A stretch of 64,000 nucleotides of DNA from an uncultured Candidatus Saccharibacteria bacterium (GCA_964599405.1 CAZRED010000002.1:44198-108197), one strand, 5' to 3'; positions 10,052 through 18,987 are shown, counted from the stretch's first letter. The notes: generated by a model not told the origin, from the letters alone. Numbers and translations are program-made.

Positions 10052-10660
10052 TTAACCGCCGATAATCGGGTAGGGCTTGAACCAGTCCTTGAGTAGTTTC
10101 TTCAAGGTGTTGCCGACAGCCTTTACTTGGAACTCGCTGCCCTTCTCGATACCAGTCAAGAAGGAGCTCCCCGAGGCCTTGCCCTGGAGGGTGACGGCAT
10201 TTATTATCGGTTCTTGCTTGACGGCGTCAACCAGCCAGAGCTTGATCGTCACTGCGCCCTGTCTTTTCGGGAAAAGACCGCCAGATGTTCCCTGGCTGCT
10301 GGCGACGATGATCGGGAAGATCACCAATGTTGCGCCGACTCGCTTACCAATCTTGATGAGGTTGGCGCGATTTTGCTGTTCGTCGTCGCTGAAATTTATC
10401 TTCAGATCGGCGATCGCTTTGGCGACGGTGTCAGGAGCTACAACGGTAAAACCGTGGCTGGAGAATTCCGTCGCCAGCCAGTCGTGACCGGCTTTGATCT
10501 GCCGCTCCTGAAGTTCCACCCACTTATCGCCGCTCTGATTGATGATTGGCACGATTGCGACCTTAGTGCCTTTTGGGTAAGTCTGGGCTGAAGCGGCCGT
10601 GATGGCCACCAGCGCAAATGCGAATAAGATAATCAACTTGTTCATGAACATTTTCTCCAT
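10052..10660 (-). CDS. secreted hypothetical protein (signal peptide)
   Basis: N-terminal MNKLIILFAFALVAITAASA signal peptide. No known domain recognised. Confidence 0.45.
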   Translation of the reverse strand: MEKMFMNKLIILFAFALVAITAASAQTYPKGTKVAIVPIINQSGDKWVELQERQIKAGHDWLATEFSSHGFTVVAPDTVAKAIADLKINFSDDEQQNRANLIKIGKRVGATLVIFPIIVASSQGTSGGLFPKRQGAVTIKLWLVDAVKQEPIINAVTLQGKASGSSFLTGIEKGSEFQVKAVGNTLKKLLKDWFKPYPIIGG

Positions 10661-10800
10661 AAAGAGACGGGAATATTATAGAATAAATTTATTAGCGTAT
10701 CAAGGGATGCGGGGGCGTTTTTTGAAAACGCCTCATAATATTCTTGAGATTCCGACCAGAATCAGTTACAATAACCCGGCCAAATTGGCACAGGAGTATT

Positions 10801-11382
10801 TTGAAGTTTCGCTATTTAACACTTGTCACAACTCTCGTCACTTTGCTTCTCACCATACTAGTCATCGGTTGCGGTGGCGGCGGTGGTGGGAACTCGATTT
10901 TCCGTGGTTCGTGGTTGGGCGCTTGGAGCGACTACTACGAGGAAGATACCGGGTTCTACTCGGTCAACGTCAGCGGTAGCGGCAGTTTCAATGGAACTGC
11001 CACAAACGATCTGTGCGGTAGCTCTGGCTCCGCCACCGGTTCGTTCGGCAACAGCTCGACGAAGTTGAATATGAAGTTCAACGAGAACAACGTTTGCTAC
11101 AAGTACAGCGTTAAGGCCTCGGGCGACCCGATGACCCCATACGCAAACGGGTATTCGACAGTCGTCGATGCCAAGTACTACGACCGATTCGGGACCTATA
11201 TCGGCACCGTTGTCTGGGCGGTCTATATGGAGCGCAACTTTGCGATGGGACCGGACGCCCCAGCCCGGATTACGGTCAAGCAGTTGACCCCCAGGCTTTC
11301 CGGCGGCCAGCCCGTCGACATGAGTGCCATCAAGAAGGGCGACGGCAAACTGCCGAGCCCACCCATCCCCGATTCACCTTAA
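10801..11382 (+). CDS. hypothetical lipoprotein (Cys-Gly6 N-terminus). Start uncertain: TTG 10801 preferred, alternative TTG 10744.
   Basis: MKFRYLTLVTTLVTLLLTILVIGC|GGGGGG is a typical lipoprotein signal/lipobox. AGGAG sits 3 nt upstream of the 10801 TTG. Gly/Ser/Thr-rich mature protein. Confidence 0.45.
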   Translation: MKFRYLTLVTTLVTLLLTILVIGCGGGGGGNSIFRGSWLGAWSDYYEEDTGFYSVNVSGSGSFNGTATNDLCGSSGSATGSFGNSSTKLNMKFNENNVCYKYSVKASGDPMTPYANGYSTVVDAKYYDRFGTYIGTVVWAVYMERNFAMGPDAPARITVKQLTPRLSGGQPVDMSAIKKGDGKLPSPPIPDSP

Positions 11383-11395
11383 CGGTTGATCGGCC

Positions 11396-11433
11396 ACAGG
11401 GCAGTTCCAATTGGAGCTGTCCTGTTATTTTTT
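11396..11433 (+). terminator. rho-independent terminator
   Basis: acagggcag-(12 nt loop)-ctgtcctgt followed by tatttttt. Confidence 0.75.
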
Positions 11434-11504
11434 ACACCAGGGCGAACGAACCGTTATCCCTTCTGGCAAGTTTAATTTTCCGCCCAAGTAGCTATTATCC
11501 AATT

Positions 11505-11924
11505 ATGGCTGATGAATCGTTCGGGGTGATACCTTTTAGAAAAACCGAAACCGGGCTAGAGTTCCTGCTCGTTAAACATGCTCAAGGGCATTGGGGATTT
11601 CCGAAGGGTCATCCTATCGGTAACGAATCTCATATTGAGACAGCGTTGCGGGAGCTGAAAGAAGAAACGGGGGTTACTGACTGTAATATAATTGGCGATA
11701 AAACCTGGAAACAAAAATACACAATCGAAAAATCTGGTAATTCTACGGAGAAAATCGTTGAGTATTTTCTTGGCGAAGTACTTAGCGCTAATAAAAATGT
11801 AGACAGTAAAGAAATATTAGAATGTCGCTGGTGCAATTTCGAAGACGCTATAGAACTACTGTCACATCCCGAAAGTAAAGGCATGCTGGAGTCAGTATTT
11901 TCTTTCATAAACCCCAAACGATAA
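11505..11924 (+). CDS. Nudix hydrolase
   Basis: Nudix box GHWGFPKGHPIGNESHIETALRELKEETG (GX5EX7REUXEEXGU). Confidence 0.8.
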   Translation: MADESFGVIPFRKTETGLEFLLVKHAQGHWGFPKGHPIGNESHIETALRELKEETGVTDCNIIGDKTWKQKYTIEKSGNSTEKIVEYFLGEVLSANKNVDSKEILECRWCNFEDAIELLSHPESKGMLESVFSFINPKR

Positions 11925-12790
11925 TGGACATACCGAAAAAGATAAGTGACTTAGGCCTACAGCGAGGCCACTATATTGTAATTGGCAGCGGAGTAATGGG
12001 CGCTCTAAACTTGCGACCAATTAACGACATTGATTTGGTCGTTAACCCAAATAAATATGCAGAACTCAAGAACAGAGATTGTGTTGAAAAAGTTCATGAC
12101 GATGAAACCAGGGAGCTGCTCTTCGGTGTCTACGGAATTAAAACCAGCTGGGACTCACCTAATAGCGGCGATAATTTACAGGAGCTGCTTAGCGATTCAA
12201 TTGAAATTGAAGGTGTTGCGTATATTAGCCCCCAACGCTTACTACGTTGGAAGAAGCGGATGAAACGTGCTAAAGACAAGAAAGATATACTGTTTCTAGA
12301 AAAATTCCTAAATACTCAACAAGACAGATTCACAGAAAAACCAACTTTGTACATAATGTGCGGCTTACCATTTGCTGGTAAATCGAGGTTAGCAAAAGAG
12401 CTAAGCGAAAATCGTGGCTGGAAGGTAGTAGCAGTCGACGAAATTAAAACCAAACGTGGGCTACGTGATGTTTGGCAAGATATGAAACCAGAAGATTGGA
12501 CAGATATTTTTGCAGAGGCAGAGCGTCAAACGGAGAGGGAGTTATTAGGCGGTCGAAGTGTGATCTATGACTCAACTAACCACACCAAACATAGCCGGGA
12601 TAAATTGCGTGAGCTTGCAAAACGTTGCCATTGTTCAGCTAAGTTGATTCTGGTTGATGTGTCTCCTGATGTTGCCGAGTTTAGGTGGAAAGCCAATAAG
12701 GAGTCTGGCGAACGGATGGATTTGCCGGAGTGGGCTTTCCGAACGGCTCTTGGCGACTGGGAACCACCGGTAGGGGATGAGCAGGATTAG
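11924..12790 (+). CDS. fusion protein: minimal pol-beta-type nucleotidyltransferase (N-term) + P-loop kinase of the AAA_33/zeta-toxin/chloramphenicol-phosphotransferase-like class (C-term)
   Basis: N-terminal IGSGVMGALNLRPINDIDLVV (G[SG]…DxD NTase motif). C-terminal Walker A CGLPFAGKS plus DEIK/DSTN kinase-like motifs. The start overlaps the Nudix stop. Confidence 0.55.
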   Translation: MDIPKKISDLGLQRGHYIVIGSGVMGALNLRPINDIDLVVNPNKYAELKNRDCVEKVHDDETRELLFGVYGIKTSWDSPNSGDNLQELLSDSIEIEGVAYISPQRLLRWKKRMKRAKDKKDILFLEKFLNTQQDRFTEKPTLYIMCGLPFAGKSRLAKELSENRGWKVVAVDEIKTKRGLRDVWQDMKPEDWTDIFAEAERQTERELLGGRSVIYDSTNHTKHSRDKLRELAKRCHCSAKLILVDVSPDVAEFRWKANKESGERMDLPEWAFRTALGDWEPPVGDEQD

Positions 12791-13065
12791 ACACAAGACC
12801 GAAAGAGTGCGAACTCAAGTAGGTCTTAGCTTTTAGCGGGCTATCCTAGCGCTCGGGCAAATCCAACCGATAAAACATGTAACGTTTTTACAAAACTAGC
12901 TGAAACCAATTGATTTGTTACTAATATTTCTATAAAATTTCTCTGACTTAGCTCGTTTACATTTTGGCTGACAGGTAACTTTGGGCGGTAAGTGTTATAA
13001 GCAAGAACTGCTTTTAACAAACCGACTTTAGATTCAACAGATTCAGCTGAAAAGGAATCCGCAAG

Positions 13066-14136
13066 ATGAAAAAATTTAACTCTACTTCCCGTGAAATGCA
13101 GGACAATTTTTTCGCTTGCCGAGGTTGGAGGCGAAAAAAATGTCCACACTGTTTCGGAGAATACTACACGAAACGCGACCTACCACACTGCGGCTCTTAC
13201 CTGTGTGCTGGCAGCTATTCGTTCCTTTCTTTCCCTTCGCCAAAGGCACAGCTCGATATGGCGGCATGTGTTCGCAGGCTACAGACGTCCTTCATTGGCC
13301 ACGGCTACCAACTTCACCGACCGATCGCAGTTGTCCGTAATAACGAGCGAACCCTTTTCGCAAGTACGGCTGGCCAGATTTATGACGATCTGATCTACGG
13401 ACAGATATCAGAGAGCAGCTCGAAGTGGCACTTAGTAGTTCAACCGGTGATCCGGTTGCAGGAGATCGATCTCATTAGCTCCATCGACGGGATCTCCAGC
13501 TCGTTCATACATAGTGCAACTGAGTGTTGGAACACTACACAGGGTAACCACCTTGAGACGTTTGATCGCTGGTTGGATTTCTTTTCCGCCCTCGGTCTAC
13601 ATGCGGGCGGTTTCTGTCTTAAGATCGAGCGTGACACCAATAATTGGGCAGGACGCACTATCACGTCAGAGATGCTTCGGGTGCATTACGGTGGGCTTGA
13701 GGTTGGTGTTGCAAATTTCTTTTTCGACATTTCTCAGCCAAACGGTTCCCTGGCGACTCTGAGCGATGTTGGCGTAGGCCTAGAACGATTAATATGGGCC
13801 GTAAACAAATCGCCTATGTATTTGGATAGTATTGGACCTCCCCCGTGTGTTAGAATGCACACGAGGGTAGTGCTCCACGCAATCCGTACGGCGACGCTTA
13901 TGGCGGGTTCGGGTGTTGTGCCAGGTCATAGAAACCATGGGTCAAAGCTTCGCGCTATGATCAGGTTAGTGACAGAGGAGGCACATCATCTCAATCTTTA
14001 CGAACTCGTAAGCCATTACTACCGACAGTGGTCCACATTTGCGGATTATCTTTCGGTACCTCAGGAGCAGGTTTACTTGATAATTTGGGGAGAAATTAAT
14101 CGAGAACTCAGTCTTGGGGCTGACAGGAATCAGTGA
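13066..14136 (+). CDS. truncated alanyl-tRNA synthetase catalytic-core paralog (class II aaRS fold) with an N-terminal Cys-rich insertion. Lacks the tRNA-recognition, editing and C-Ala domains.
   Basis: Colinear with the AlaRS N-terminal domain: NFFACRGW ~ FLDFFHSKGH; RTLFASTAGQIYDDLIYGQ ~ PTLLFTNAGMNQFKDVFLG; LEVGVANFFFDIS…SDVGVGLERLIWAV ~ IEIWNLVFMQFNR…VDTGMGLERIAAVL; LHAIRTATLMAGSGVVPGHRNHGSKLRAMIRL ~ [32 protein letters not shown]. A CPHC…HC…C insertion of about 45 aa sits after the first motif. Confidence 0.6.
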   Translation: MKKFNSTSREMQDNFFACRGWRRKKCPHCFGEYYTKRDLPHCGSYLCAGSYSFLSFPSPKAQLDMAACVRRLQTSFIGHGYQLHRPIAVVRNNERTLFASTAGQIYDDLIYGQISESSSKWHLVVQPVIRLQEIDLISSIDGISSSFIHSATECWNTTQGNHLETFDRWLDFFSALGLHAGGFCLKIERDTNNWAGRTITSEMLRVHYGGLEVGVANFFFDISQPNGSLATLSDVGVGLERLIWAVNKSPMYLDSIGPPPCVRMHTRVVLHAIRTATLMAGSGVVPGHRNHGSKLRAMIRLVTEEAHHLNLYELVSHYYRQWSTFADYLSVPQEQVYLIIWGEINRELSLGADRNQ

Positions 14137-14146
14137 GAAAAACCAT

Positions 14147-14821
14147 ATGAAAACAAAAACCAAACGTATCTTTCTCGGCGGGGGTGGGGATGCAGAGGAC
14201 TCGAAGCTTATTGATGAACAATTCGTCAAGAGCATTGATCCATCAAAACCTACCATATACGTCCCTAACGCTATGCCCTCAGAGGGCTATCAGTCCTGCC
14301 TGGACTGGTTCCGACCAACAATGAAGGCGCTCGGTATAGCTACAATCGAAATGTGGGAGGATCTTCTCCCCCACCGCCCAATCAACGACATATCTGGGAT
14401 TTACATCGGAGGAGGCGATACGGTGAAGTTGCTAGATGAAATTCGTACCGCTGGCTTTGATCAGTACCTCTCCCAAGTAGCGCAAAGTGGCATCCCGTTG
14501 TACGGTGGTAGCGCTGGTGCGATTGTCTTTGGCGAGGACATTAGAACCGCACCAGAAGCGAGCCACCTAACACCAGGTGATGCAAAGGGACTTAGGATCC
14601 TAGTAGGTCACTCAATCATGTGTCACTACGAACAGCAAGATGAGACGCAAGTCCGGACACTCCAAAAAACAATTGGGATGCCAATCATTGCTATTCCCGA
14701 AAAAGCCGGTGCATGCATCGAGGGAAAAACACTGACGAATTACGGCTCAGTTCCGCTGTATATCTTCCGGGACAACGAGGAAACAGGGCTAGACACAGGA
14801 GAATCCCTTGAACTCGAATAA
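14147..14821 (+). CDS. peptidase family S51 protein (peptidase E / cyanophycinase-like class I glutamine amidotransferase-like fold)
   Basis: IYIGGGDTVKLL…YGGSAGAIVFGEDIRT parallels PepE IVIVGGGNTFQLL…YIGWSAGANLACPTIRT (Ser nucleophile motif). ATG at 14147 chosen; an upstream TTG at 14114 would overlap the preceding gene. Confidence 0.65.
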   Translation: MKTKTKRIFLGGGGDAEDSKLIDEQFVKSIDPSKPTIYVPNAMPSEGYQSCLDWFRPTMKALGIATIEMWEDLLPHRPINDISGIYIGGGDTVKLLDEIRTAGFDQYLSQVAQSGIPLYGGSAGAIVFGEDIRTAPEASHLTPGDAKGLRILVGHSIMCHYEQQDETQVRTLQKTIGMPIIAIPEKAGACIEGKTLTNYGSVPLYIFRDNEETGLDTGESLELE

Positions 14822-14828
14822 CAAAATT

Positions 14829-14868
14829 GGGGGTGTATCACTTAGCGTGCGTACACCCCCTTCTTTTT
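14829..14868 (+). terminator. terminator-like hairpin immediately upstream of the MAT start codon
   Basis: gggggtgta-(14 nt)-tacaccccc followed by ttcttttt. The RBS AAGGA and the ATG of the next gene lie within 10 nt downstream. Confidence 0.55.
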
Positions 14869-14875
14869 AAGGACA

Positions 14876-16123
14876 ATGTCTTACTCCTTTGGACCAAGCG
14901 CAATTAAAAAAGGAAACCTGACTGTATATTCCCGTAGCCCGGTCTGGGACAGTGAGTTCGAGACAATTGAAAGAAAAGGAATCGGGCATCCAGATACTAT
15001 AGCCGATATTTTAGCTAGTAAAGTAAGTCAGGAGTATTCGAGGTATACCATTACACATTGTGACAAGCTCGTTCTTCATCACCAGGTAGATAAACTCATG
15101 ATTATTGGTGGAAAAACTAAAGTCTATTTTGGCGGAGGGGAGTTCACTGAGCCAATTCGTATTATTGTTGCCGGTAGAGCAACATATAACTACAAGAACC
15201 TGGCTATCCCCGTTGAAAATATTGTGCTTAATACAATTAAGGCATATTTTCTGAAACATTTCCCGATGGTAAATCCAGAAGAAGATTTAGTTATTGAGAA
15301 TAGACTCACTACGTACCCTGGACCAGGAACAATCACAACATCGGCGGGTGCTATTGCTAGGATGTTTAATCCTAGAACCGCGAAAGAAGTAAGAGGGTAC
15401 GAAAAATATGTAGCAAATGACACTTCTTACTGCATCTCTTATTATCCTTATTCTTCGCTCGAGACGGCCGTCCTTGGACTGGAGTCTTATTTACAGTCAC
15501 TACAAATTAAGAAAAAGTTTCGGTGGATTGGCTCGGACGTCAAGATAATGGCAGTAAGGAATGGCAACAATGTGGAAGTAACTATGTGCATTCCACAAAT
15601 ATCCGGACAAGTAGAGTCGCTTAATAACTACTGGGAAAACTTAGAAATAATCAGCCCGCTGGTTAACGAGTTTCTTAATAAGAAGTGCCCAAAGTATGAT
15701 TTTAATATCTCTATTAATACAAAGGACGATTACGAGAGGTTCAACGTCTACCTAACTTACACCGGGGCATCGTTATCGGGAGATATTGGTGTGGTTGGGC
15801 GTGGCAACAGAACTAACGGACTCATTACTTCCAACCGGCCGATGAGTGCAGAAGGTACAAATGGTAAAAACCCAAGATACTATTCAGGATTTATATATGG
15901 CGTACTAACAAAACAAATATCGAAGGCACTATTCGATAAGTTGGGGAAACCTGCCGTAGTTGAGATAGTCTCTCAAAACGGGGGGAATTTATTAGAACCT
16001 TGGGAGGCAAGAATCGTTTGCGAAGCAGATCCAAAGAAAATCCAGAAGGTATATGAGTCTTGTTTGAGTAAAATACCCCGTATTACAACAGACTTTATTC
16101 GGGGCAAGATTGTGAATTACTAA
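14876..16123 (+). CDS. archaeal-type S-adenosylmethionine synthetase (methionine adenosyltransferase, PF01941 type)
   Basis: Near-colinear with M. jannaschii MAT: [13 protein letters not shown]; [24 protein letters not shown]…IVAGRAT; [14 protein letters not shown]; [20 protein letters not shown]…[28 protein letters not shown]. Not the bacterial MetK fold. Confidence 0.85.
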   Translation: MSYSFGPSAIKKGNLTVYSRSPVWDSEFETIERKGIGHPDTIADILASKVSQEYSRYTITHCDKLVLHHQVDKLMIIGGKTKVYFGGGEFTEPIRIIVAGRATYNYKNLAIPVENIVLNTIKAYFLKHFPMVNPEEDLVIENRLTTYPGPGTITTSAGAIARMFNPRTAKEVRGYEKYVANDTSYCISYYPYSSLETAVLGLESYLQSLQIKKKFRWIGSDVKIMAVRNGNNVEVTMCIPQISGQVESLNNYWENLEIISPLVNEFLNKKCPKYDFNISINTKDDYERFNVYLTYTGASLSGDIGVVGRGNRTNGLITSNRPMSAEGTNGKNPRYYSGFIYGVLTKQISKALFDKLGKPAVVEIVSQNGGNLLEPWEARIVCEADPKKIQKVYESCLSKIPRITTDFIRGKIVNY

Positions 16124-16130
16124 TACAGGT

Positions 16131-16622
16131 ATGAAGTACCAACCCCTTTTGCGCCACATCGAGATAAAGAGATCCGCTAGAGACGAAGACCTGGCGATAG
16201 TAGTTTTTAAACCCTCATGTCCCCGTGAGGCGATAGCCCGGTTTAGGAGTTATTGCTCAGAGAACCATATCAGTATTTTGCAAAAGAAAGAGACCCTACT
16301 CTCTCGAGATGCTGTTGTCGCTCTTTACCCTAAAATCTTTTCGTTTTCCAATGAGGATCTGAAATTTGGACTCGCTTGGAAGAAACAAACGATTGATTAC
16401 CTAACTTCTGCGCCGAGCAGATGTTTCTTAGTAGGGGGAGAAGATGTTTATAGTAAGTTGTCAAAATATAAATACCGCCTTCGTGACCGGTATGGAAAAA
16501 TTACCCATCCTAAGGCAGTTTTATCTACTGAAGATTTTTTTGAAAAAGTTATAAAAAACATCGTTCATGTTATTGATGAGCACGAGCTCCAAAACGGTCT
16601 CTGGGTATTATTTGATAACTAG
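16131..16622 (+). CDS. nucleoside-diphosphate-kinase-fold protein (divergent NDK-like)
   Basis: AIVVFKPSCP ~ NDK FSIIKPNAV; NIVHVIDE at the position of the catalytic NxxHGSD His; overall length and spacing match the NDK fold. Confidence 0.45.
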   Translation: MKYQPLLRHIEIKRSARDEDLAIVVFKPSCPREAIARFRSYCSENHISILQKKETLLSRDAVVALYPKIFSFSNEDLKFGLAWKKQTIDYLTSAPSRCFLVGGEDVYSKLSKYKYRLRDRYGKITHPKAVLSTEDFFEKVIKNIVHVIDEHELQNGLWVLFDN

Positions 16623-17131
16623 CGGCTATTCTTAATAAATTCTTTGATGACTTGAATGTCCCGGAGCTGTTTTTCTCCATGTAGATAGCTCTTATACCGG
16701 ACCATCTTGTCTGGCTTCATCAATTTCAATCTCTTCCCAGCCCAGTTAACAGGATATGTGTCATTCAAACTGTACCTGAAGATTTTCCACTCAGAACTTG
16801 CATCGTCAAAAATTTTTTGTGAGTCCCCATTGGTTAGTTCTATTATTTGACCTTTATAATTCAAAGCCATCATCAGAACTACCCACTCGCTGTCTATATA
16901 CAATTCTGGCCCAAATTGCACAAATTTCCCAACTTTTTTGAGCAAGCGAGGAAAATCTTTCTCTTGTATATCAATATCAATGTCGTTAATTGGTCTGTCG
17001 GCACCGTAGAAGCGTGCGGCCACTCCGCCCAAGACTTGGTATGGGATATTCTCTTCTTCTAGAATAGAGATGATCCACTTCAGCGCCACGTTAACTCGTG
17101 GAGTTAGGCTGATGGGGCTTAATTCAAGCAT
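16619..17131 (-). CDS. small-molecule nucleotidyltransferase of the Lnu(A)/lincosamide-nucleotidyltransferase-like family
   Basis: YQVLGGVAARFYGADRPINDIDIDI resembles LnuA YWLDGGWGVDVL…HRDIDIDF; about 170 aa, as in that family. Confidence 0.6.
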   Translation of the reverse strand: MLELSPISLTPRVNVALKWIISILEEENIPYQVLGGVAARFYGADRPINDIDIDIQEKDFPRLLKKVGKFVQFGPELYIDSEWVVLMMALNYKGQIIELTNGDSQKIFDDASSEWKIFRYSLNDTYPVNWAGKRLKLMKPDKMVRYKSYLHGEKQLRDIQVIKEFIKNSR

Positions 17132-17154
17132 CTTTTTATGCCATAATCATTACA

Positions 17155-17652
17155 ATGTTTAAAGGGTTGGAGCAAATCAATACTAGCAGTAACGCTAATC
17201 AAAACTTTGCGTTAGTCCTCCAGCTAACGGAGAAGATAGATAACAATGCAGACGCTTCATCGGTTATCAATGAGCTGATAAAAATATACTGGGATTTAGA
17301 CGGAGTCCCTCGCTACCATATAATAGTAAGTTTTATCGAGCATAACCGTACAGACGTATTAGGATTCCTTAAAAAGGTTTTATCTGAAGACACAAGCGAA
17401 CTGATCCGTCATGAGGCCGCTTTTGGTATCGGACAGATGGGAGACTCTACGCAACAGTTCGCACTAGCCGATTCTCTTAAGAACGATACTTCAGCTATTG
17501 TACGTCATGAAGCCGCTATTGCGTTAGCAACTGTTGGAAGCCGGCAATCTATAGGAGTCCTGCAAGAAGTAATAAGTGACGCTAGCGAAGAAGAAGTAGT
17601 GACTGAGTCGGCCGAGTATAGCCTCCGTCTGATTATAGAAAGTAGTAAATAA
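17155..17652 (+). CDS. HEAT/PBS-lyase-type repeat protein
   Basis: Two tandem repeats IRHEAAFGIGQMGD / VRHEAAIALATVGS typical of HEAT-like (PBS lyase) repeats. Confidence 0.55.
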   Translation: MFKGLEQINTSSNANQNFALVLQLTEKIDNNADASSVINELIKIYWDLDGVPRYHIIVSFIEHNRTDVLGFLKKVLSEDTSELIRHEAAFGIGQMGDSTQQFALADSLKNDTSAIVRHEAAIALATVGSRQSIGVLQEVISDASEEEVVTESAEYSLRLIIESSK

Positions 17653-17658
17653 AAATAA

Positions 17659-17687
17659 GGCAACCACATAATGTGGTTGCCTCTTTT
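17659..17687. terminator. bidirectional rho-independent terminator between convergent genes
   Basis: ggcaaccaca-taa-tgtggttgcc with T-rich runs on both sides. Confidence 0.75.
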
Positions 17688-17697
17688 GGGTTGTCTG

Positions 17698-18765
17698 TTA
17701 CCTCCCAGCGATAAAGTCCTCGACTTTCTGCCTGGCTATCCCCAGTGACACTAGGTGCAGTGGGTGTTTGAAGAAGTAGGCGCTCCAATCCTGGTAGCCA
17801 GAGAGGTTTCTGTCTAACGATAGCTTCATAGCGCGAACTGCATCAACCATCACTCCAGCGTTGTTTGGGGAGTCTTCGACTGACATCTTCATCTCAATCT
17901 CAAAGGGGAAGTCACCAAACTGCCTTCCCTTGATATTGATGTAAGCAATCTTATTATCGCCGAGGAATCGTATATAGTCAGCCGGGACTACCTTTATGTC
18001 CTCGGTGCCAGCTTCGAAGATGATTGGATCGGTCTTTGACACCTTCTTCGAAGTAAGACGCAGATGATCTGTGAGGTTGTCAAAATCCATATTCCCACCT
18101 ATGTCCAGTTGGTAGGAATTCTCTACGATTTGTCCACGCTCGCGGACTAGAGATACGAGTGTTCGGTGAAGGATAGTGGCACCAACCTGGCTTTGGATGT
18201 CATCCCCGGCGCACGGAATACCGGCTTGCCTAAACTTCTCCGCCCAGACTGGGTCGGATGCAATAAATTCAGGCACGCCGTTTATAAACGCAACTCCTGC
18301 GTCAAGACAGGCTTGGGCGTAAAACCGCGTCGCTTCCTGTGACCCTACCGGCAAGAAAGAAATACAAATTTCCGTATCGCTCTCTCTAAGTTTCCTGACA
18401 ACAGATTCCGGCTCTTCTCGGAGGGGGAAGTACTCACGCATATGCGGTGCAATTCCATCTCCAATAAAACCCGCCTCAACTGCTACGCCATATGTAGGCA
18501 CGCAAGCGAACTTATGGGAGTTCGTGGGCAACACCCAAATAGCTTCGGAAATGTCTTTGCCAATTTTATTAGCGTTTACGTCGAAAGCGGCAACTACCTG
18601 TATATCTGCAATGAGATATCCGCCAAAGTCATTGTGCATGAGGCCCGGTATGGGAGGTGATGTTTGGCCAACGTCCTTATAGTACTCGAGGCCCTGGATG
18701 AAGGAACTGGCGCAATTTCCCACGCCAACGATTGCGATTTGAATCTTTTTGTTTTTTCTAGTCAT
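17698..18765 (-). CDS. myo-inositol-1-phosphate synthase family (NAD-dependent cyclitol synthase)
   Basis: N-terminal Rossmann IAIVGVGNCASSFIQG (cf. GxGGNNGST); GDDIQSQVGATILHRTLVSLVRERG ~ MIPS GDD(I/L)KSGQTK…; SYQLDIGGNMDF ~ SYNHLGNNDG. Confidence 0.65.
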   Translation of the reverse strand: MTRKNKKIQIAIVGVGNCASSFIQGLEYYKDVGQTSPPIPGLMHNDFGGYLIADIQVVAAFDVNANKIGKDISEAIWVLPTNSHKFACVPTYGVAVEAGFIGDGIAPHMREYFPLREEPESVVRKLRESDTEICISFLPVGSQEATRFYAQACLDAGVAFINGVPEFIASDPVWAEKFRQAGIPCAGDDIQSQVGATILHRTLVSLVRERGQIVENSYQLDIGGNMDFDNLTDHLRLTSKKVSKTDPIIFEAGTEDIKVVPADYIRFLGDNKIAYINIKGRQFGDFPFEIEMKMSVEDSPNNAGVMVDAVRAMKLSLDRNLSGYQDWSAYFFKHPLHLVSLGIARQKVEDFIAGR

Positions 18766-18944
18766 TGTCTTTTCCTGTAAAGGTCCAGGGAGCGGTTCTC
18801 CCTTATGGTTTGGAATTCTACAGTTTTGTTAATTGATAATCAATACAATAACTGGTGATTCTAAAAATTATTTATCAAGTAGTTGATTAAGAGCTATCTG
18901 GTCGTGCAAGTCTTGCTTACGATCCTAAATATGGGCATAATATC

Positions 18945-18973
18945 TTGACTCTTCTCGAGAAGTGTGGTATAAT
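18945..18973 (+). promoter_or_regulatory. sigma70-like promoter (TTGACT-17 bp-tgGTATAAT, extended -10) for the GNAT gene. Predicted near-leaderless transcript.
   Basis: -35 at 18945-18950, -10 at 18968-18973 with a TG at -15/-14. The ATG at 18988 lies about 8 nt from the predicted TSS with no SD. Confidence 0.55.
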
Positions 18974-18987
18974 TTTAGCTCGAGTGA

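Noticed and set aside
12841-13149. ORF 12841..13149 (-) of 102 aa
   Set aside because: Lies in the AT-rich promoter/5' region of the AlaRS-like gene and overlaps its start. No features of a real gene.
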